Part shown: positions 15,389 through 25,743 of the stretch, piece by piece
Numbering within the stretch: the stretch's first letter is position 1
Layout: each line of letters begins with the position of its first letter
Source: a virus
Lineage: Duplodnaviria > Caudoviricetes
IMG/VR virus record: IMGVR_UViG_3300029156_000008
Span: 1 to 39,683 of that record
DNA: 39,683 nt
Reading direction: 5' to 3' (one strand)
The notes under the pieces: model-generated
The model's input: the letters and a program-made list of their open reading frames with translations, nothing else
The model's database searches: none
What the model was told of the DNA's origin: nothing
Program-made: the position numbers and the translations under genes

Positions 15389-15729
15389 TGCCTCTCTACG
15401 ATTTCGTGGATGCTGATGGTGAGCCGTTGGAGCTCTATCTGCCAATGGCTGAGGCTCCCGAGCTCGGCTCCACGACAGAGATCGACGGTCGGGAGGTCAC
15501 CCGTGTGGTTACTCCTCCCCGGACAGCCGTGCGGCCCGACCGTCACTTCGTCGCTTGGTCTCAGCCCACCCTCAACGCGGACGGGACCCTGCCTCCGGAT
15601 GTGGTCCCGGCCCCCCGCTACGACCGAGACCCGAGCTCGGTGAGTTACGGCCATGCCCAGTTCAGCTCCAGGCGTGAGGTGGACGAGTACGTAGCCCGCT
15701 GTGAGGGTCGGGTGATCCTGGACCGATGA
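15388..15729 (+). CDS. FmdB-like protein lacking the Zn cysteines
   Basis: MPLYDF...ELYLPMAEAP...VTRVV; typical position between portal and scaffold. Confidence 0.65.
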   Translation: MPLYDFVDADGEPLELYLPMAEAPELGSTTEIDGREVTRVVTPPRTAVRPDRHFVAWSQPTLNADGTLPPDVVPAPRYDRDPSSVSYGHAQFSSRREVDEYVARCEGRVILDR

Positions 15730-16163
15730 CCTGGAGCGTCCTCTGCTCTGACCATCGCCTTGACAGCGCCCCAGATGGCTCTGTGGTCGTCTGTGACGGG
15801 GGTATCCGCCCCAACCTGCCCTTCGACGCCTTCTGCACCATCCTGGCCCCCAGCGCGCTCTCAGAGAGCCTGGACGACATCCGGGCCTTCACCTCCCGCC
15901 TGTGGTCTCCCCTGTACCTTGGTGACGCTTGGTCCAAGACCCTCTCCCTGGTCCCGGAACCCTGGCCCTGGCCACCTGAGATCCCCTGGGTGCCCCGCCT
16001 TCCCCGCCGTTCGTACTTCTACGCAGTCTCCTGCTGCCTCCACCTGGGGGCCACGAAGATCGACATCTACGGCTGGGATGGGGATGAACGGGAGCGGATC
16101 CGGATGGAGGACCTGATCCGCCTCGCAGGGGAGAATCAGGTCAGGATTACGCTCCGAGGGTAG
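15726..16163 (+). CDS. Hypothetical protein, possibly degenerate Rossmann-like transferase
   Basis: LGATKIDIYGWD resembles the G-x-x-x-I-x-L-x-G-x-D motif of DUF115/sialyltransferase-like folds. Confidence 0.5.
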   Translation: MTWSVLCSDHRLDSAPDGSVVVCDGGIRPNLPFDAFCTILAPSALSESLDDIRAFTSRLWSPLYLGDAWSKTLSLVPEPWPWPPEIPWVPRLPRRSYFYAVSCCLHLGATKIDIYGWDGDERERIRMEDLIRLAGENQVRITLRG

Positions 16164-16219
16164 GTTTTTCCCACCCCCATCCCTTGTATCCCTACCGGAG
16201 GTAGGTACATGATCCAGGG

Positions 16220-17173
16220 ATGGAAGACGACGTTCTCGAAGACGACCTCCCCGAGGGGGAAGAGTCCGTAGACGAATCCCTGGCTCGCATCGTCTCTGAC
16301 GAGCCAGAGGAAGAATCTTCCGATGAACCGGAGGCCGAGGAAGCCCCTCAGGCCTCTGAGGAGACCGACGAGCCCTCGGAGGAGGACTACGACGACGAGG
16401 AGATGGCCAAGGCCCATGCGGCCTTCCTGCGGGACGGCCTCTCCCCGAAAGAGATCGCCTTGAAGCTCCAGCGGGACGGGAACTCGAAGTTCCTCTCTCG
16501 AGGGCTCAAGCGAGCGAAGAAGCACGAAACTGACGATGCCGCCTATTCGGAGCTGAAGCAGCTCAAGAATCAGACGAAGGAACCGGATCCTGGGAATGAG
16601 GGGGAGGCGCGCAACGCTGGCCCCACGCTGAGTCCCAGGGACCTGGCAGCACCTTTGGCTGAACGCCTCGGCTTGGACGAGGACGGCATCAACGAGCTGG
16701 TCGCCTTTACAGAAGCCCAGTCCAAGACCAAGGACGCTGAGATCGCTGCCCTCAAAGAGCAGTCGAATCACATCGGCGCTGCGGTCATGGACATGCTTCT
16801 CGAGGGAGCTCGTGAAGGAGCAGGTCTCGGCCAGGCCAGCTCAGAAGACTGGGAGAAGGTGCAGCAGCACTACGACTCCTTGGTGTCCACGGACCTTCAC
16901 GGAGACCTCAGCGGCAAAGCCCGCATGACGGCCCTCCTGAAGTCCGCAGCCAAGCTCGCAGATGTCGCATCCGATCTCGCCACTCAGCGTAAGCCAGCGT
17001 TGCGACAAGCGAAGCGTAAGGGGGCCACCATGGTCTCCAACAAGCGGACCACGCCACCCAAGGGTGCCTCCCCGGAAGAACTCCAGGACGACCTTCTCGC
17101 GAAGATCACATCTGGTGCCTTCAACTCGGACGAGGAAGCCCGAAGGTACGCGAACTCCGCTCGCTCCGACTAA
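16220..17173 (+). CDS. Capsid scaffolding protein
   Basis: Very acidic N-terminus, helical body, basic C-terminal part; immediately upstream of MCP. Confidence 0.8.
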   Translation: MEDDVLEDDLPEGEESVDESLARIVSDEPEEESSDEPEAEEAPQASEETDEPSEEDYDDEEMAKAHAAFLRDGLSPKEIALKLQRDGNSKFLSRGLKRAKKHETDDAAYSELKQLKNQTKEPDPGNEGEARNAGPTLSPRDLAAPLAERLGLDEDGINELVAFTEAQSKTKDAEIAALKEQSNHIGAAVMDMLLEGAREGAGLGQASSEDWEKVQQHYDSLVSTDLHGDLSGKARMTALLKSAAKLADVASDLATQRKPALRQAKRKGATMVSNKRTTPPKGASPEELQDDLLAKITSGAFNSDEEARRYANSARSD

Positions 17174-17211
17174 AGCCTCTGCTGGCTCTCAACCAAAGGA
17201 AATAGAGAGCC

Positions 17212-18468
17212 ATGGCTGGAACAGCCCTCGAGGAGTTCACACAACTCCTCGCCGCTCAGGGACCCGCGTGGAGAACCGGGCCTGAGAAGATCATCAACGA
17301 AGGTGTCAAGCGCACCTATACGTGGCCTCGCCTCGTCAAGGGCAAGGACATGGAAGAGATGATTGATGGCGGTGATGTGATCACCGACACGATCTTCTTC
17401 GACGTCAAGTCGTCCTTCCAGCGCTACAGCCCGAACGCTTCGTTCGACTACGACAACTTCCAAGTCGGTACGACCTGGACGGTGCCGTGGGCGTTCGCGA
17501 CCGCGAACATCTCGATCACGAAGCACGAGCTTGGTCTGAACAAGTCCAAGCACACGGGCAAGTACCGCACGCAGCGCTACAAGAAGGTCCTTCGGCAGAA
17601 GCACCAGAACCTCTGGACCGATGTCTGCAACAGCATCGACTCCGAATTCTGGGCCGCCCCGAATGCGAACCTCATGGAGGTCTCCGCGCCGACCGGAAGT
17701 CGAATCCCGTATTCGATCCCGGTCTTCGTCAACGAGAACTCTGACGCTTCCAACCCGACTGCTACCGGCGTCAACGGCCTTCCGAGCCCTGTCGCTGCCG
17801 AGTGGTCCACGAACGCCGCTACTGTCATGGGGATCAACCCCGCGACGAAGACGAAGTGGCAGAACCAGCGTGAGTCCTACAACTTCGCGGCAACCTCAGC
17901 GGTTCTGGCAGCCGGGATCTTCCCGGCGATGACGAAGCTGAAGTTCAAGTGCTCTTTCGATCGCCTTCCGAAGCGTGAGGAGTACTCGGACAAGACGACT
18001 TCGCCTCACGTCATCCTGACGAACCTGGAAGGCATCTCGAACTACGAGGTTGCTCTGCGTCTCAACCAGGACGAGTTCCGTGGCGTCGGCAAGATGTCGG
18101 GTCAAGACCCGAACTACGACAAGCCGACGTTCGGTGGTATCCCGCTCGACTACATCAGCGAGCTCGACACCGCCGCGATCTACCCGACGGGTTCCACGGC
18201 GGGTGGCTTCGGCACCTACGACGACGGCACTAACACCACGAACACTGGTGGGGTTGGATTCGTCGGGCCTCGCTACACCTGGATCAACGGTGAGTACATG
18301 AAGCTCGTCATGCACGACGAGAACTACATGGAGCTCGGTGATCCGTTCACTCCCTCGGCCCAGCCGTTCACCCGTGTCCAGGTCATGGACATGTGGAACA
18401 ACTTCCTGGCCACCTCCCGTATGCGTCACGGGCAACTGTACCCCGCCGCAAACATCACCAGCGCCTGA
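17212..18468 (+). CDS. Major capsid protein
   Basis: 418 aa, strong codon bias, AAGGA upstream; DGGDVI and FGGIPLDY motifs; scaffold-MCP-cement context. Confidence 0.88.
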   Translation: MAGTALEEFTQLLAAQGPAWRTGPEKIINEGVKRTYTWPRLVKGKDMEEMIDGGDVITDTIFFDVKSSFQRYSPNASFDYDNFQVGTTWTVPWAFATANISITKHELGLNKSKHTGKYRTQRYKKVLRQKHQNLWTDVCNSIDSEFWAAPNANLMEVSAPTGSRIPYSIPVFVNENSDASNPTATGVNGLPSPVAAEWSTNAATVMGINPATKTKWQNQRESYNFAATSAVLAAGIFPAMTKLKFKCSFDRLPKREEYSDKTTSPHVILTNLEGISNYEVALRLNQDEFRGVGKMSGQDPNYDKPTFGGIPLDYISELDTAAIYPTGSTAGGFGTYDDGTNTTNTGGVGFVGPRYTWINGEYMKLVMHDENYMELGDPFTPSAQPFTRVQVMDMWNNFLATSRMRHGQLYPAANITSA

Positions 18469-18483
18469 TAGGAGGCAATTCCA

Positions 18484-18981
18484 ATGAGCACTACATGGCC
18501 CCGGGCCCTTGGAAGCGGCCCCCTGGGACTTCAACCGTCCGACCGCATGACTGCCCGTGTCGTCAACAACACTGGATCCGCGACTCTCGTCGGGGAACTC
18601 GTGATGTTCGACATGGCTCTCGCGGGGGACGCGACGAACTTCCGCGACGGTGACGCTCTGTCGGCCTACACCTCCGTCAGAACCCCGGCAACAGCCGGTC
18701 TTCTCGGCTTCTGGTTTGGCATCTGTCTCGAAGCGGTGGCTGATGGCGCAGAGATGGAGGTGGTCCTCAAGGGCCGCGTTCCGGCTCTCGTCAAGGGCAC
18801 GAACGCCGCTGCCTTGGGGGACGCTTTGTCGGCTCTCAACGGTGACGAAGAGCTGGATAGCGACGTGATTGCCGCTGGCGAGAAGATCCTCGGTTTCCCC
18901 GAGGAGACGAGCGCCGCTGGTACCGCAGAGCTGATCGACATCATCTTCAACGGGATCGAGGGTTTCGGTAACGGAGCCTGA
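18484..18981 (+). CDS. Capsid cement/decoration protein
   Basis: GGAGG RBS; Ala/Gly-rich, GICLEAVADGA...VVLKG pattern directly after MCP. Confidence 0.7.
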   Translation: MSTTWPRALGSGPLGLQPSDRMTARVVNNTGSATLVGELVMFDMALAGDATNFRDGDALSAYTSVRTPATAGLLGFWFGICLEAVADGAEMEVVLKGRVPALVKGTNAAALGDALSALNGDEELDSDVIAAGEKILGFPEETSAAGTAELIDIIFNGIEGFGNGA

Positions 18982-18999
18982 ACCACCCCGCCAAGGAAA

Positions 19000-19032
19000 C
19001 CCCGGAGGCGGAGACGTCTTCGGGGCTATTTC
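19000..19032 (+). terminator. Probable intrinsic terminator after capsid genes
   Basis: CCCCGGAGGCG-GAGA-CGTCTTCGGGG 11-bp stem with GNRA loop and weak T tail; second hairpin at about 19045-19085. Confidence 0.55.
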
Positions 19033-19092
19033 GCTGCTTCTCGTAGGCCCCGCCAACTATCCGCCCCGACTTGTTGGTGGGGCCGCTTTCTC

Positions 19093-19809
19093 ATGACGAT
19101 CACAGCCAAGCAAGCGATCCGACACATCCGCTCCTCTCTCTCGGGAGACCCGGACATCGACGGGATCGAGCTTGTGAACACGGCTGGGAAGCTCATGTAC
19201 GGACTGCGGTCCTGGAACTTCCGGCAGCGCGGTCCCGTCACCGCAGGCTTCACGGCTTCTCAAGCCTTCGTGGAGCTCCCTGCCAACTTCGGAGAGATGA
19301 CCTCGATCCGGATGACCAACGGTCTGACCACGAACATCCACCAAGCCACGATGGACGAGCTCGTTGGATACCGCGTGGAGTCGATCGGCAACCCCCGAGA
19401 CTTCTGGTACGCGGTCTCTTTCGAGAACCTAGCGGTTGGTGGAACGCGCATCGTCCCACGGCTCGAGCTGTACCCCACCCCCTCGACGACGGACGCCACG
19501 GCCCTGACCTATGCCTACCGTGCTCGCTGGGTGGAGGCGACCTCAGACGACGAGATCCTGGCTGGTGTCCCGGAACTCGCGGAGCCGCTCTACATCCGCA
19601 TGTGCCGCCAGCTCGCCCGCTCCTACGATGACGAGGACGTGGTGGCCTACACCGAATCACTGGGTTCGATCCGTGCCTCTGAGGAGTTCCGTTCCGCCAT
19701 CCAGCAGGACGTGAACCTCCGCAAGTCCTACGGGACTCTGCTCAACGGCATCGCTCAGGTCGATGTGGACGCTGGCTTCTGGGACCGTCAGGTGGGGGCG
19801 CCTAGCTGA
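19093..19809 (+). CDS. Head-tail adaptor (tail tubular protein A-like)
   Basis: W-x-F motif, ELPANF, GNPR, LELYPTP motifs; position before the nozzle. Confidence 0.75.
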   Translation: MTITAKQAIRHIRSSLSGDPDIDGIELVNTAGKLMYGLRSWNFRQRGPVTAGFTASQAFVELPANFGEMTSIRMTNGLTTNIHQATMDELVGYRVESIGNPRDFWYAVSFENLAVGGTRIVPRLELYPTPSTTDATALTYAYRARWVEATSDDEILAGVPELAEPLYIRMCRQLARSYDDEDVVAYTESLGSIRASEEFRSAIQQDVNLRKSYGTLLNGIAQVDVDAGFWDRQVGAPS

Positions 19810-22800
19810 TGGATCGCCGCATCCCCATCCCCCAGCCGACTCGTGGGTTGAACACCGACGCTCCCTTCGGAGACCAACCCCAGGGGACGCTCAAGGATGG
19901 CTCGAAGAACGTCCGCTTGGTGGACTCGAAGACGGGACGCTCACGTCTCTCCCAGCGCTCAGGCACGACGAAGTACAACCTGAACGCTCTCAACGGCAGC
20001 AACAAGGTCGCGGACCTCTGCCACGTCGTCTACGACAACAAGCGGATCACGTACTCGACGTTGGCTTCCGGTTCGCACACGGTCGAGTGGGACACGCCTA
20101 CCCCCTCGGGTAACCAGTGTCGGAACATCGTCACTGACGATGCCTCGAACGTGTATGCGCTGAACGGCCTGAACGGGATCGTGAAGTACAACCCGGAGGA
20201 GACGGAGCGTTTCAAGATCGCCCCTCCGGTGGAGGACCCGTCCCACGCTCTTGTGGCTTTGTTCGTGGATGACCTGTACTGCATCTACACGGGTGTTGGA
20301 TCAGGTGGTGATCAGCGAACGGCCAAGGCCTGGAAGTACGCTCAGGGTCCTGATCCTGACGAGTTCTTCCTTGCCTGGGAGATCACTCCTGGCGGGTACG
20401 TGGAAGACATCGTTGTCGTCGATGACCAGGCGTATCTTGCGGTGAACTTCACCGACGAAGCTCGCTCGGAGATCCAGATCTACGACACGTTGGACGGTCC
20501 TCCCAGGTTGATCAAGACGATCGACGCCCCGCACCCGATCAACGGGATGGACGTGAACAGCTCCGGCGAGCCTTTCACGGCCCATCCTTTCAACCCAGAC
20601 GCTTTGACTATCCGTCCCAGCAACCCCAAGGCTCCGGACTTCTCCAACGTCGTGGAGGACTGGACGCCGAAGGATCTCACGAACGCAGATCAGCGGATCT
20701 ACCGTTGGCACGATGCGGAGAAGATTACGGACAAGGACACGGGGGATCCGATCCTCAGGTGGGATGACCTCTCGGGCAACGACCGTCACTTGTACGCGAA
20801 CTTCGGGACCGCTCTTCCTCCGACCTACAGCTCAACGGGAATCGCAGGCAAGCCTACGGTCCGTTTTGAGGTGCCGGACTACACCCAGGCGATCAGCAGC
20901 ACGAGCCAGCAGGGCCTGGAGACGCTTCGCAACCCTGGGATCGCTCTCAACTACCGAGACCAGCAACAGACCTTCGTTCCCGCCCACACGGGCGCGGCCT
21001 TCACGGTCTACATGGTCGTTCGATGCGTGGCGGATGGGACGAACATCCATACGATCTGGTATCAGGCTGACGACACCACGAGCTACCGGGGGATCTTCGC
21101 CAACCGTGACGAGGGGGACAACGCAGGGTCAAACAGCTCCGGAGCGATCAGTGTCTATGACGATGCCGATGCTGGTGACCCAGGGGGGGGGACGAACGGA
21201 CACCCTCTCTCAAGCACCTTCACGGCTGACTCCACTGATACGGTCCTGATCACCTACCAGTGTGACGGTGGGGTGAACGGCGGCACGTCAGGAACGGGAG
21301 CTACGCGATCTGTTCTGCGGATCAATGGTGAGCCGATCGACCGCTGGGAGTCGGAGCCCTGTACGACATCCGGTGCCAGCTTCCTTGGGACGTGCGGCAC
21401 ACCAGGCTCTCCTCCGTTCTCGACGTGGGAGGGCTTCACCGGCAACATCGCGGAGATCATCGTCCTCCAGCGCGACGACGTAACGGATAGCACCCAGCCC
21501 ACGGTTCAGACTGAGGATCGGCTCCCTGATGCGGGGGCTGGGGATCAGACCGAGAACGAGATGACGGAGATCGAGGGGTACCTGATGCACAAGTGGGGCA
21601 TCTCCTCACAGGCTCCCGCAGACGGCGACACCTACCCCCACCCGTACGGTCCGGACTCGCTCGGTTTCTCGGGTCCTCCGACCGATGGGTCAGATGGTGT
21701 GTACGGAGCAACGCTTCGAGGTGGCGCGCAGCTCATCAAGTGGTCTCCTTCTGGCGACATCACATGGATGGTGGAGACGCAGAGAGACCGTATCGGCGGC
21801 ATCGGTGTGGACGTGAAGCTGGGGCGAGGAGATGAGACGAACGTCTACTCGCTCGGGGACTACTCGATGAACATCGCCCCTGCGAACAGCGTCAACATCC
21901 GTCGAATCATCGACAACGGAGCCACGGCCACCTTCAAGACCGGATCTGATTACTGGACTGCCGTGGCTGGAGGGACGACGCTCAACGATCAGCACATCAA
22001 GATCGACACGGACAAGTTCGACAACGTCTACGTCCCTCTCTCGGAGTCCTCCCAGTCCAACTCCCTTGCCGTCTATGACAAGGACGGCTCCAGCAACGCT
22101 GGAGTCCAGGTCGCCCTTGTGGATCTCTCGACCGACCAGCGTGGCCGGTGTGTCGCAGTGGACCGCAGCGTCCCTGAGTACGACGATGACGCGGTGACGG
22201 TGGGCGAGTTCTTCTACATCGGCTCCGAGAACAACGGGAACAACACCGAGAACACCGTCCACAAGATCGGGCTCGTCGGGAAGGCGGGTTCCACCGGCAG
22301 CCATCGAAGCTCGACCTTGTTGGGCGTGTCCGGGGGGAACATCTACAAGATCCCCAGCTCAGGCACCCCCTCCATCCCCACAGGTGGCACCGCAGCCATC
22401 AGCACGAACTCCAACTACGTGGAGTCCATCGCCCTTCGGGGGGTGGCGTACTTCGTGGATGGCGAGAGCTACAAGAAGTACGTAGGCAAGGATGATGAGG
22501 TGGTGGACTGGAAGTCCACGTCGTCCGGGAAGATCCCGCCTCGCTGCCGCCTGATCACGTCCTGGCGTGGGCGTATCGTTCTCGCTGGAGATCCGGACAA
22601 CCAGTCCCTCTGGCACATGAGCGCCAAGGGGGATGCGGATGATTGGGACCGCAACCCTCCTGTCCCCCTGGCTACGCAGGCGATCTCGGCCAATAGCAAC
22701 ACGCAGACCGCCGGGTTGATGCCTGACATCATCAACACGATGATCCCCTACGATGACGACACTCTCATCTTCGGTGGCGATCACACGATCTACCGGCTCA

Positions 22801-23621
22801 CAGGTGATCCGATGGCGGGGGGTGAGCTGGACCTGGTATCCGACATCACGGGGATGGCGTTTGGCCGTTCCTGGACGAAGGACCCCGATGGGGTGATCTA
22901 CTTTGTCGGGTCTCGAGGTGGGTTGTACCGGATGGCTCCGGGTGGGAAGCCGGTGCGGATCTCCAGGGACACGATCGAGCGCAAGCTCCAGGACAGCTTC
23001 GACTTCTCGACCCACCATGTCCGCCTCATCTACAACTGGCGAGACGAGGGTCAGCATGTCTTCCAGTTCCCCTTCGGGACGGTGACGCAGGAAGAGCACT
23101 TCTTCTGGGACTCGAAGCATGAGGCTCCTCTCGAGGACGAGTTCGCTCTGACGTCAGCGGGTGCGATGGACAATCAGCCCACGGCTGCGGTGATTCTGGA
23201 TGGTGATGAGCCGGGAGACCGCGTCATGCTTCTCGGCTTCAACGACGGGTATGTCCGGAAGTGGGACAAGGATGCCCGTGACGACGACGATGTCCGCGTG
23301 GTGTCCAAGGCGATCATCGGCCCGATCGCTGACTCCAGGTCTCCCGGAGAGACGAAGTTCTCCCGGTTGGAGTTGGTTCTGGCCGATGATCAGGAGGGGT
23401 TGACGTACAAGCTCTTCTCCTCCCACGAGGCGGACGACATGGGTGTGGCGGTCTACACGGAGGTCATCGGACCTGGCCGGAACGCTTATTCGAACGGTCG
23501 GATGCGTGGCTCGTACTGTTGGCTCTCGCTGGAGAACGCAGCTCCTGGGGAGAAGTGGTCGATGGAGTCGGCTTCTATCCGTGTGGTCCCTGCGGGCAGG
23601 AAGCGGGTGCGAAGTGGCTAG
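19809..23621 (+). CDS. Tail nozzle/stabilisation protein with inserted LamG-like domain
   Basis: GLNTD...KNVR start, propeller-like repeats, WRGRIVLAG...LWHMS..GD..DW; internal WHDA...WDDLSGNDRH...FTGNIAEIIV...IEGYLMHKWG. Confidence 0.75.
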   Translation: MDRRIPIPQPTRGLNTDAPFGDQPQGTLKDGSKNVRLVDSKTGRSRLSQRSGTTKYNLNALNGSNKVADLCHVVYDNKRITYSTLASGSHTVEWDTPTPSGNQCRNIVTDDASNVYALNGLNGIVKYNPEETERFKIAPPVEDPSHALVALFVDDLYCIYTGVGSGGDQRTAKAWKYAQGPDPDEFFLAWEITPGGYVEDIVVVDDQAYLAVNFTDEARSEIQIYDTLDGPPRLIKTIDAPHPINGMDVNSSGEPFTAHPFNPDALTIRPSNPKAPDFSNVVEDWTPKDLTNADQRIYRWHDAEKITDKDTGDPILRWDDLSGNDRHLYANFGTALPPTYSSTGIAGKPTVRFEVPDYTQAISSTSQQGLETLRNPGIALNYRDQQQTFVPAHTGAAFTVYMVVRCVADGTNIHTIWYQADDTTSYRGIFANRDEGDNAGSNSSGAISVYDDADAGDPGGGTNGHPLSSTFTADSTDTVLITYQCDGGVNGGTSGTGATRSVLRINGEPIDRWESEPCTTSGASFLGTCGTPGSPPFSTWEGFTGNIAEIIVLQRDDVTDSTQPTVQTEDRLPDAGAGDQTENEMTEIEGYLMHKWGISSQAPADGDTYPHPYGPDSLGFSGPPTDGSDGVYGATLRGGAQLIKWSPSGDITWMVETQRDRIGGIGVDVKLGRGDETNVYSLGDYSMNIAPANSVNIRRIIDNGATATFKTGSDYWTAVAGGTTLNDQHIKIDTDKFDNVYVPLSESSQSNSLAVYDKDGSSNAGVQVALVDLSTDQRGRCVAVDRSVPEYDDDAVTVGEFFYIGSENNGNNTENTVHKIGLVGKAGSTGSHRSSTLLGVSGGNIYKIPSSGTPSIPTGGTAAISTNSNYVESIALRGVAYFVDGESYKKYVGKDDEVVDWKSTSSGKIPPRCRLITSWRGRIVLAGDPDNQSLWHMSAKGDADDWDRNPPVPLATQAISANSNTQTAGLMPDIINTMIPYDDDTLIFGGDHTIYRLTGDPMAGGELDLVSDITGMAFGRSWTKDPDGVIYFVGSRGGLYRMAPGGKPVRISRDTIERKLQDSFDFSTHHVRLIYNWRDEGQHVFQFPFGTVTQEEHFFWDSKHEAPLEDEFALTSAGAMDNQPTAAVILDGDEPGDRVMLLGFNDGYVRKWDKDARDDDDVRVVSKAIIGPIADSRSPGETKFSRLELVLADDQEGLTYKLFSSHEADDMGVAVYTEVIGPGRNAYSNGRMRGSYCWLSLENAAPGEKWSMESASIRVVPAGRKRVRSG

Positions 23622-24006
23622 ACGAACATCGAAGATCAGAGCGTCCAGGGCGGGCTTGGCCCGTGGGTTGGACGATGTACGTACGAGACGTAACGCAGGG
23701 AACCTGGCCCTCTCCCGTAGGGAGCTTGGAGCGGGGATTGAAGTAGATACGGACGGTAGGCTGGAGGTCACAGCGACCTCTGGCTCGTCCGTGGAGCTAC
23801 CGGACTTCTCGGATCTGGTGAAGCTGGACGATCAGCTCAAGACGGTCCCGAGTGACTTCGCGGTTGTGGCGGTGGAGGCCCTGACAGCCACGGCTACCCC
23901 GACAGCGGTCAGGGATGACGTGGAGGAGAGGCTTGAGGAGATCAGGGTGAACTTGGCTACGCTTACGAGGCGTGTGAACACGTTCCTGGAGAGATTCAAT
24001 GGTTAG
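23614..24006 (+). CDS. Hypothetical virion-associated protein
   Basis: GTG start overlapping the nozzle stop; C-terminal coiled coil. Confidence 0.6.
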   Translation: MARRTSKIRASRAGLARGLDDVRTRRNAGNLALSRRELGAGIEVDTDGRLEVTATSGSSVELPDFSDLVKLDDQLKTVPSDFAVVAVEALTATATPTAVRDDVEERLEEIRVNLATLTRRVNTFLERFNG

Positions 24007-24700
24007 TCCCCTTGGTATGGGCCTTGGAGCCCTGTCGTTCGGTGCCGGTATCGCTGGCAAGCGGAACGAAACGAAGTACCGGCGTCTTGCTCGCAAGCGC
24101 GGTCAGTACGTCCTGGACCAGCTCATCCGTCCTCAGGAGGCGGCTTTGTATGGGCAGCAAGAAGACTTCCTCCGTCAGGGGATCGCTGCGCAGACAGGTG
24201 CGTACGACTCGGCGCTGGCTGACCTCTCGCGCACGGGCCGAGCCTCGCGGAGACAGGCCGCTGATCAATCCAACCAGGCGCTGGCTTCAGGTATGCAGGG
24301 CCTTGCGAGTTCTGGGTTGGGGAGCTCTACGCTTGCTCAGAACTACCGCACGGGAGCCGCTTCGAGTCTGTCACGAGATCTGGCAGGAATTGACGAGAGG
24401 CTCGCGGGGTTGAGGAGCAACCTGACGATCGGGCGTGGACAGGCCCAGGCTCAGGGGTATGGGGGTCTGGCTTCGCTGTACGGGCAGCGCAGAGCTGGTG
24501 AGCGTGATCTGGAGATGCAACGCTTCGGGCTGTTCACCGGCTACCAACCCCAGGCTCAGACGGTGGACTTCTCGGGCCTCGCGGGTCTGTTCGGTGGGGG
24601 TCAGAAGGGCATGGGGGGTGGTGGTTTTGCTGGCGGCGCTGCCACCCCGCAAGGTGGAGCCGCCTACAACCGCTTGATGGATAGAGACGCCCAGCGATGA
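23999..24700 (+). CDS. Internal virion/DNA ejection protein (small)
   Basis: Gly/Ala/Gln-rich with a Gly-rich hydrophobic N-terminus; podoviral position. Confidence 0.7.
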   Translation: MVSPLGMGLGALSFGAGIAGKRNETKYRRLARKRGQYVLDQLIRPQEAALYGQQEDFLRQGIAAQTGAYDSALADLSRTGRASRRQAADQSNQALASGMQGLASSGLGSSTLAQNYRTGAASSLSRDLAGIDERLAGLRSNLTIGRGQAQAQGYGGLASLYGQRRAGERDLEMQRFGLFTGYQPQAQTVDFSGLAGLFGGGQKGMGGGGFAGGAATPQGGAAYNRLMDRDAQR

Positions 24701-25743
24701 GAGCTGTACCTTCGAGTCTTCCTGGATGGGCGATTGGAGCCCAGTCCGCTGCGAACACGGGGGAGGGCTTGCAGAAGCAAGCTCTCCGTGAGCAGGCGTT
24801 GGCCCAGCGTGGCCAGGAGGAGCAGCGCCGCCAGCAGCAGTATCAGTTTGCTGTCCAGCAGGCCCAGCAGAAGTTCCAGGCTGAGGAAGCGGAGCGCCAA
24901 GCCCAGCTCGGCCAGGCTCAGGATGCTCTAGGCCAGCAGCGTGACCAGCTCTTCGCAGAGATGCAGGGTGGTCCTGCGACGGTGCAGCAGGACGAGAAGC
25001 TCCGTCAGCTCGAAGGGATCGCCAAGAACCTGACCCCGGAGAACGCGGAGCAGCTCATCGGTGAGTTCGAGAAGATGGAGCTTAGGGACAAGACGACTCA
25101 GGCTTTCCAGTCTGTTGGGCAGGAGGTGATGAGTCAGGTCGAGGGTGGTGCGATCGAGGATCCCAAGACCCAGCAGGAGCTTCAGGCTCTCCAGCAGCAG
25201 GCTGATCAGTTTGCTCAGATGACTGGGGCTGGGGCTTTCGATAGGACCCCCCAGCAGGCAGCCCGGATGATCGAGGGGGTGATGGAGAAGAAGGACCAGA
25301 TCCTCAACGAGCATGTGGATCGCAAGAGCAAGCAGATGGACATCGAGAAGTCTGTTCAGACCTTCGACGCTCGCCTGGCTCAGGTCGCTCCGGGCAGTCC
25401 CAAGTTCCAGCGACTTTCAAGGATCCGGGAAGAGGTGGTCCTGGGCAGGATGACTCCGAAGGAGGCTGGGAAAATGCTGGTAGCGTCTGAGTTCGACCTG
25501 ACGGACAAGGACATGGAGGAGGCGAAGGAGATGGCCTTCAGGCAAGCTCTCGAGGAAGGCGGCTTCCTGGGTCCGATCCAGGCGGCAGCGAAGCAGGCGA
25601 TGGGGTCAGCTCCGCAGGGTCCGGACACCTCGGGCCTCCAGCAGGTCTTGGCGAGCGGTGATCGTGACGGATTTATCCGTATGTCCGAGGAGATGGGTCT
25701 GAGTGTCGAGGAGATCCGGGAGCTGATCAGTGGTGCAAGGTGA
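24697..25743 (+). CDS. Internal virion/DNA ejection protein (medium)
   Basis: Gln-rich coiled coil; second of three. Confidence 0.7.
   Translation: MRAVPSSLPGWAIGAQSAANTGEGLQKQALREQALAQRGQEEQRRQQQYQFAVQQAQQKFQAEEAERQAQLGQAQDALGQQRDQLFAEMQGGPATVQQDEKLRQLEGIAKNLTPENAEQLIGEFEKMELRDKTTQAFQSVGQEVMSQVEGGAIEDPKTQQELQALQQQADQFAQMTGAGAFDRTPQQAARMIEGVMEKKDQILNEHVDRKSKQMDIEKSVQTFDARLAQVAPGSPKFQRLSRIREEVVLGRMTPKEAGKMLVASEFDLTDKDMEEAKEMAFRQALEEGGFLGPIQAAAKQAMGSAPQGPDTSGLQQVLASGDRDGFIRMSEEMGLSVEEIRELISGAR

Noticed and set aside
17896-19056. 386-aa minus-strand ORF
   Set aside because: Antisense to the capsid and cement genes; no motifs.
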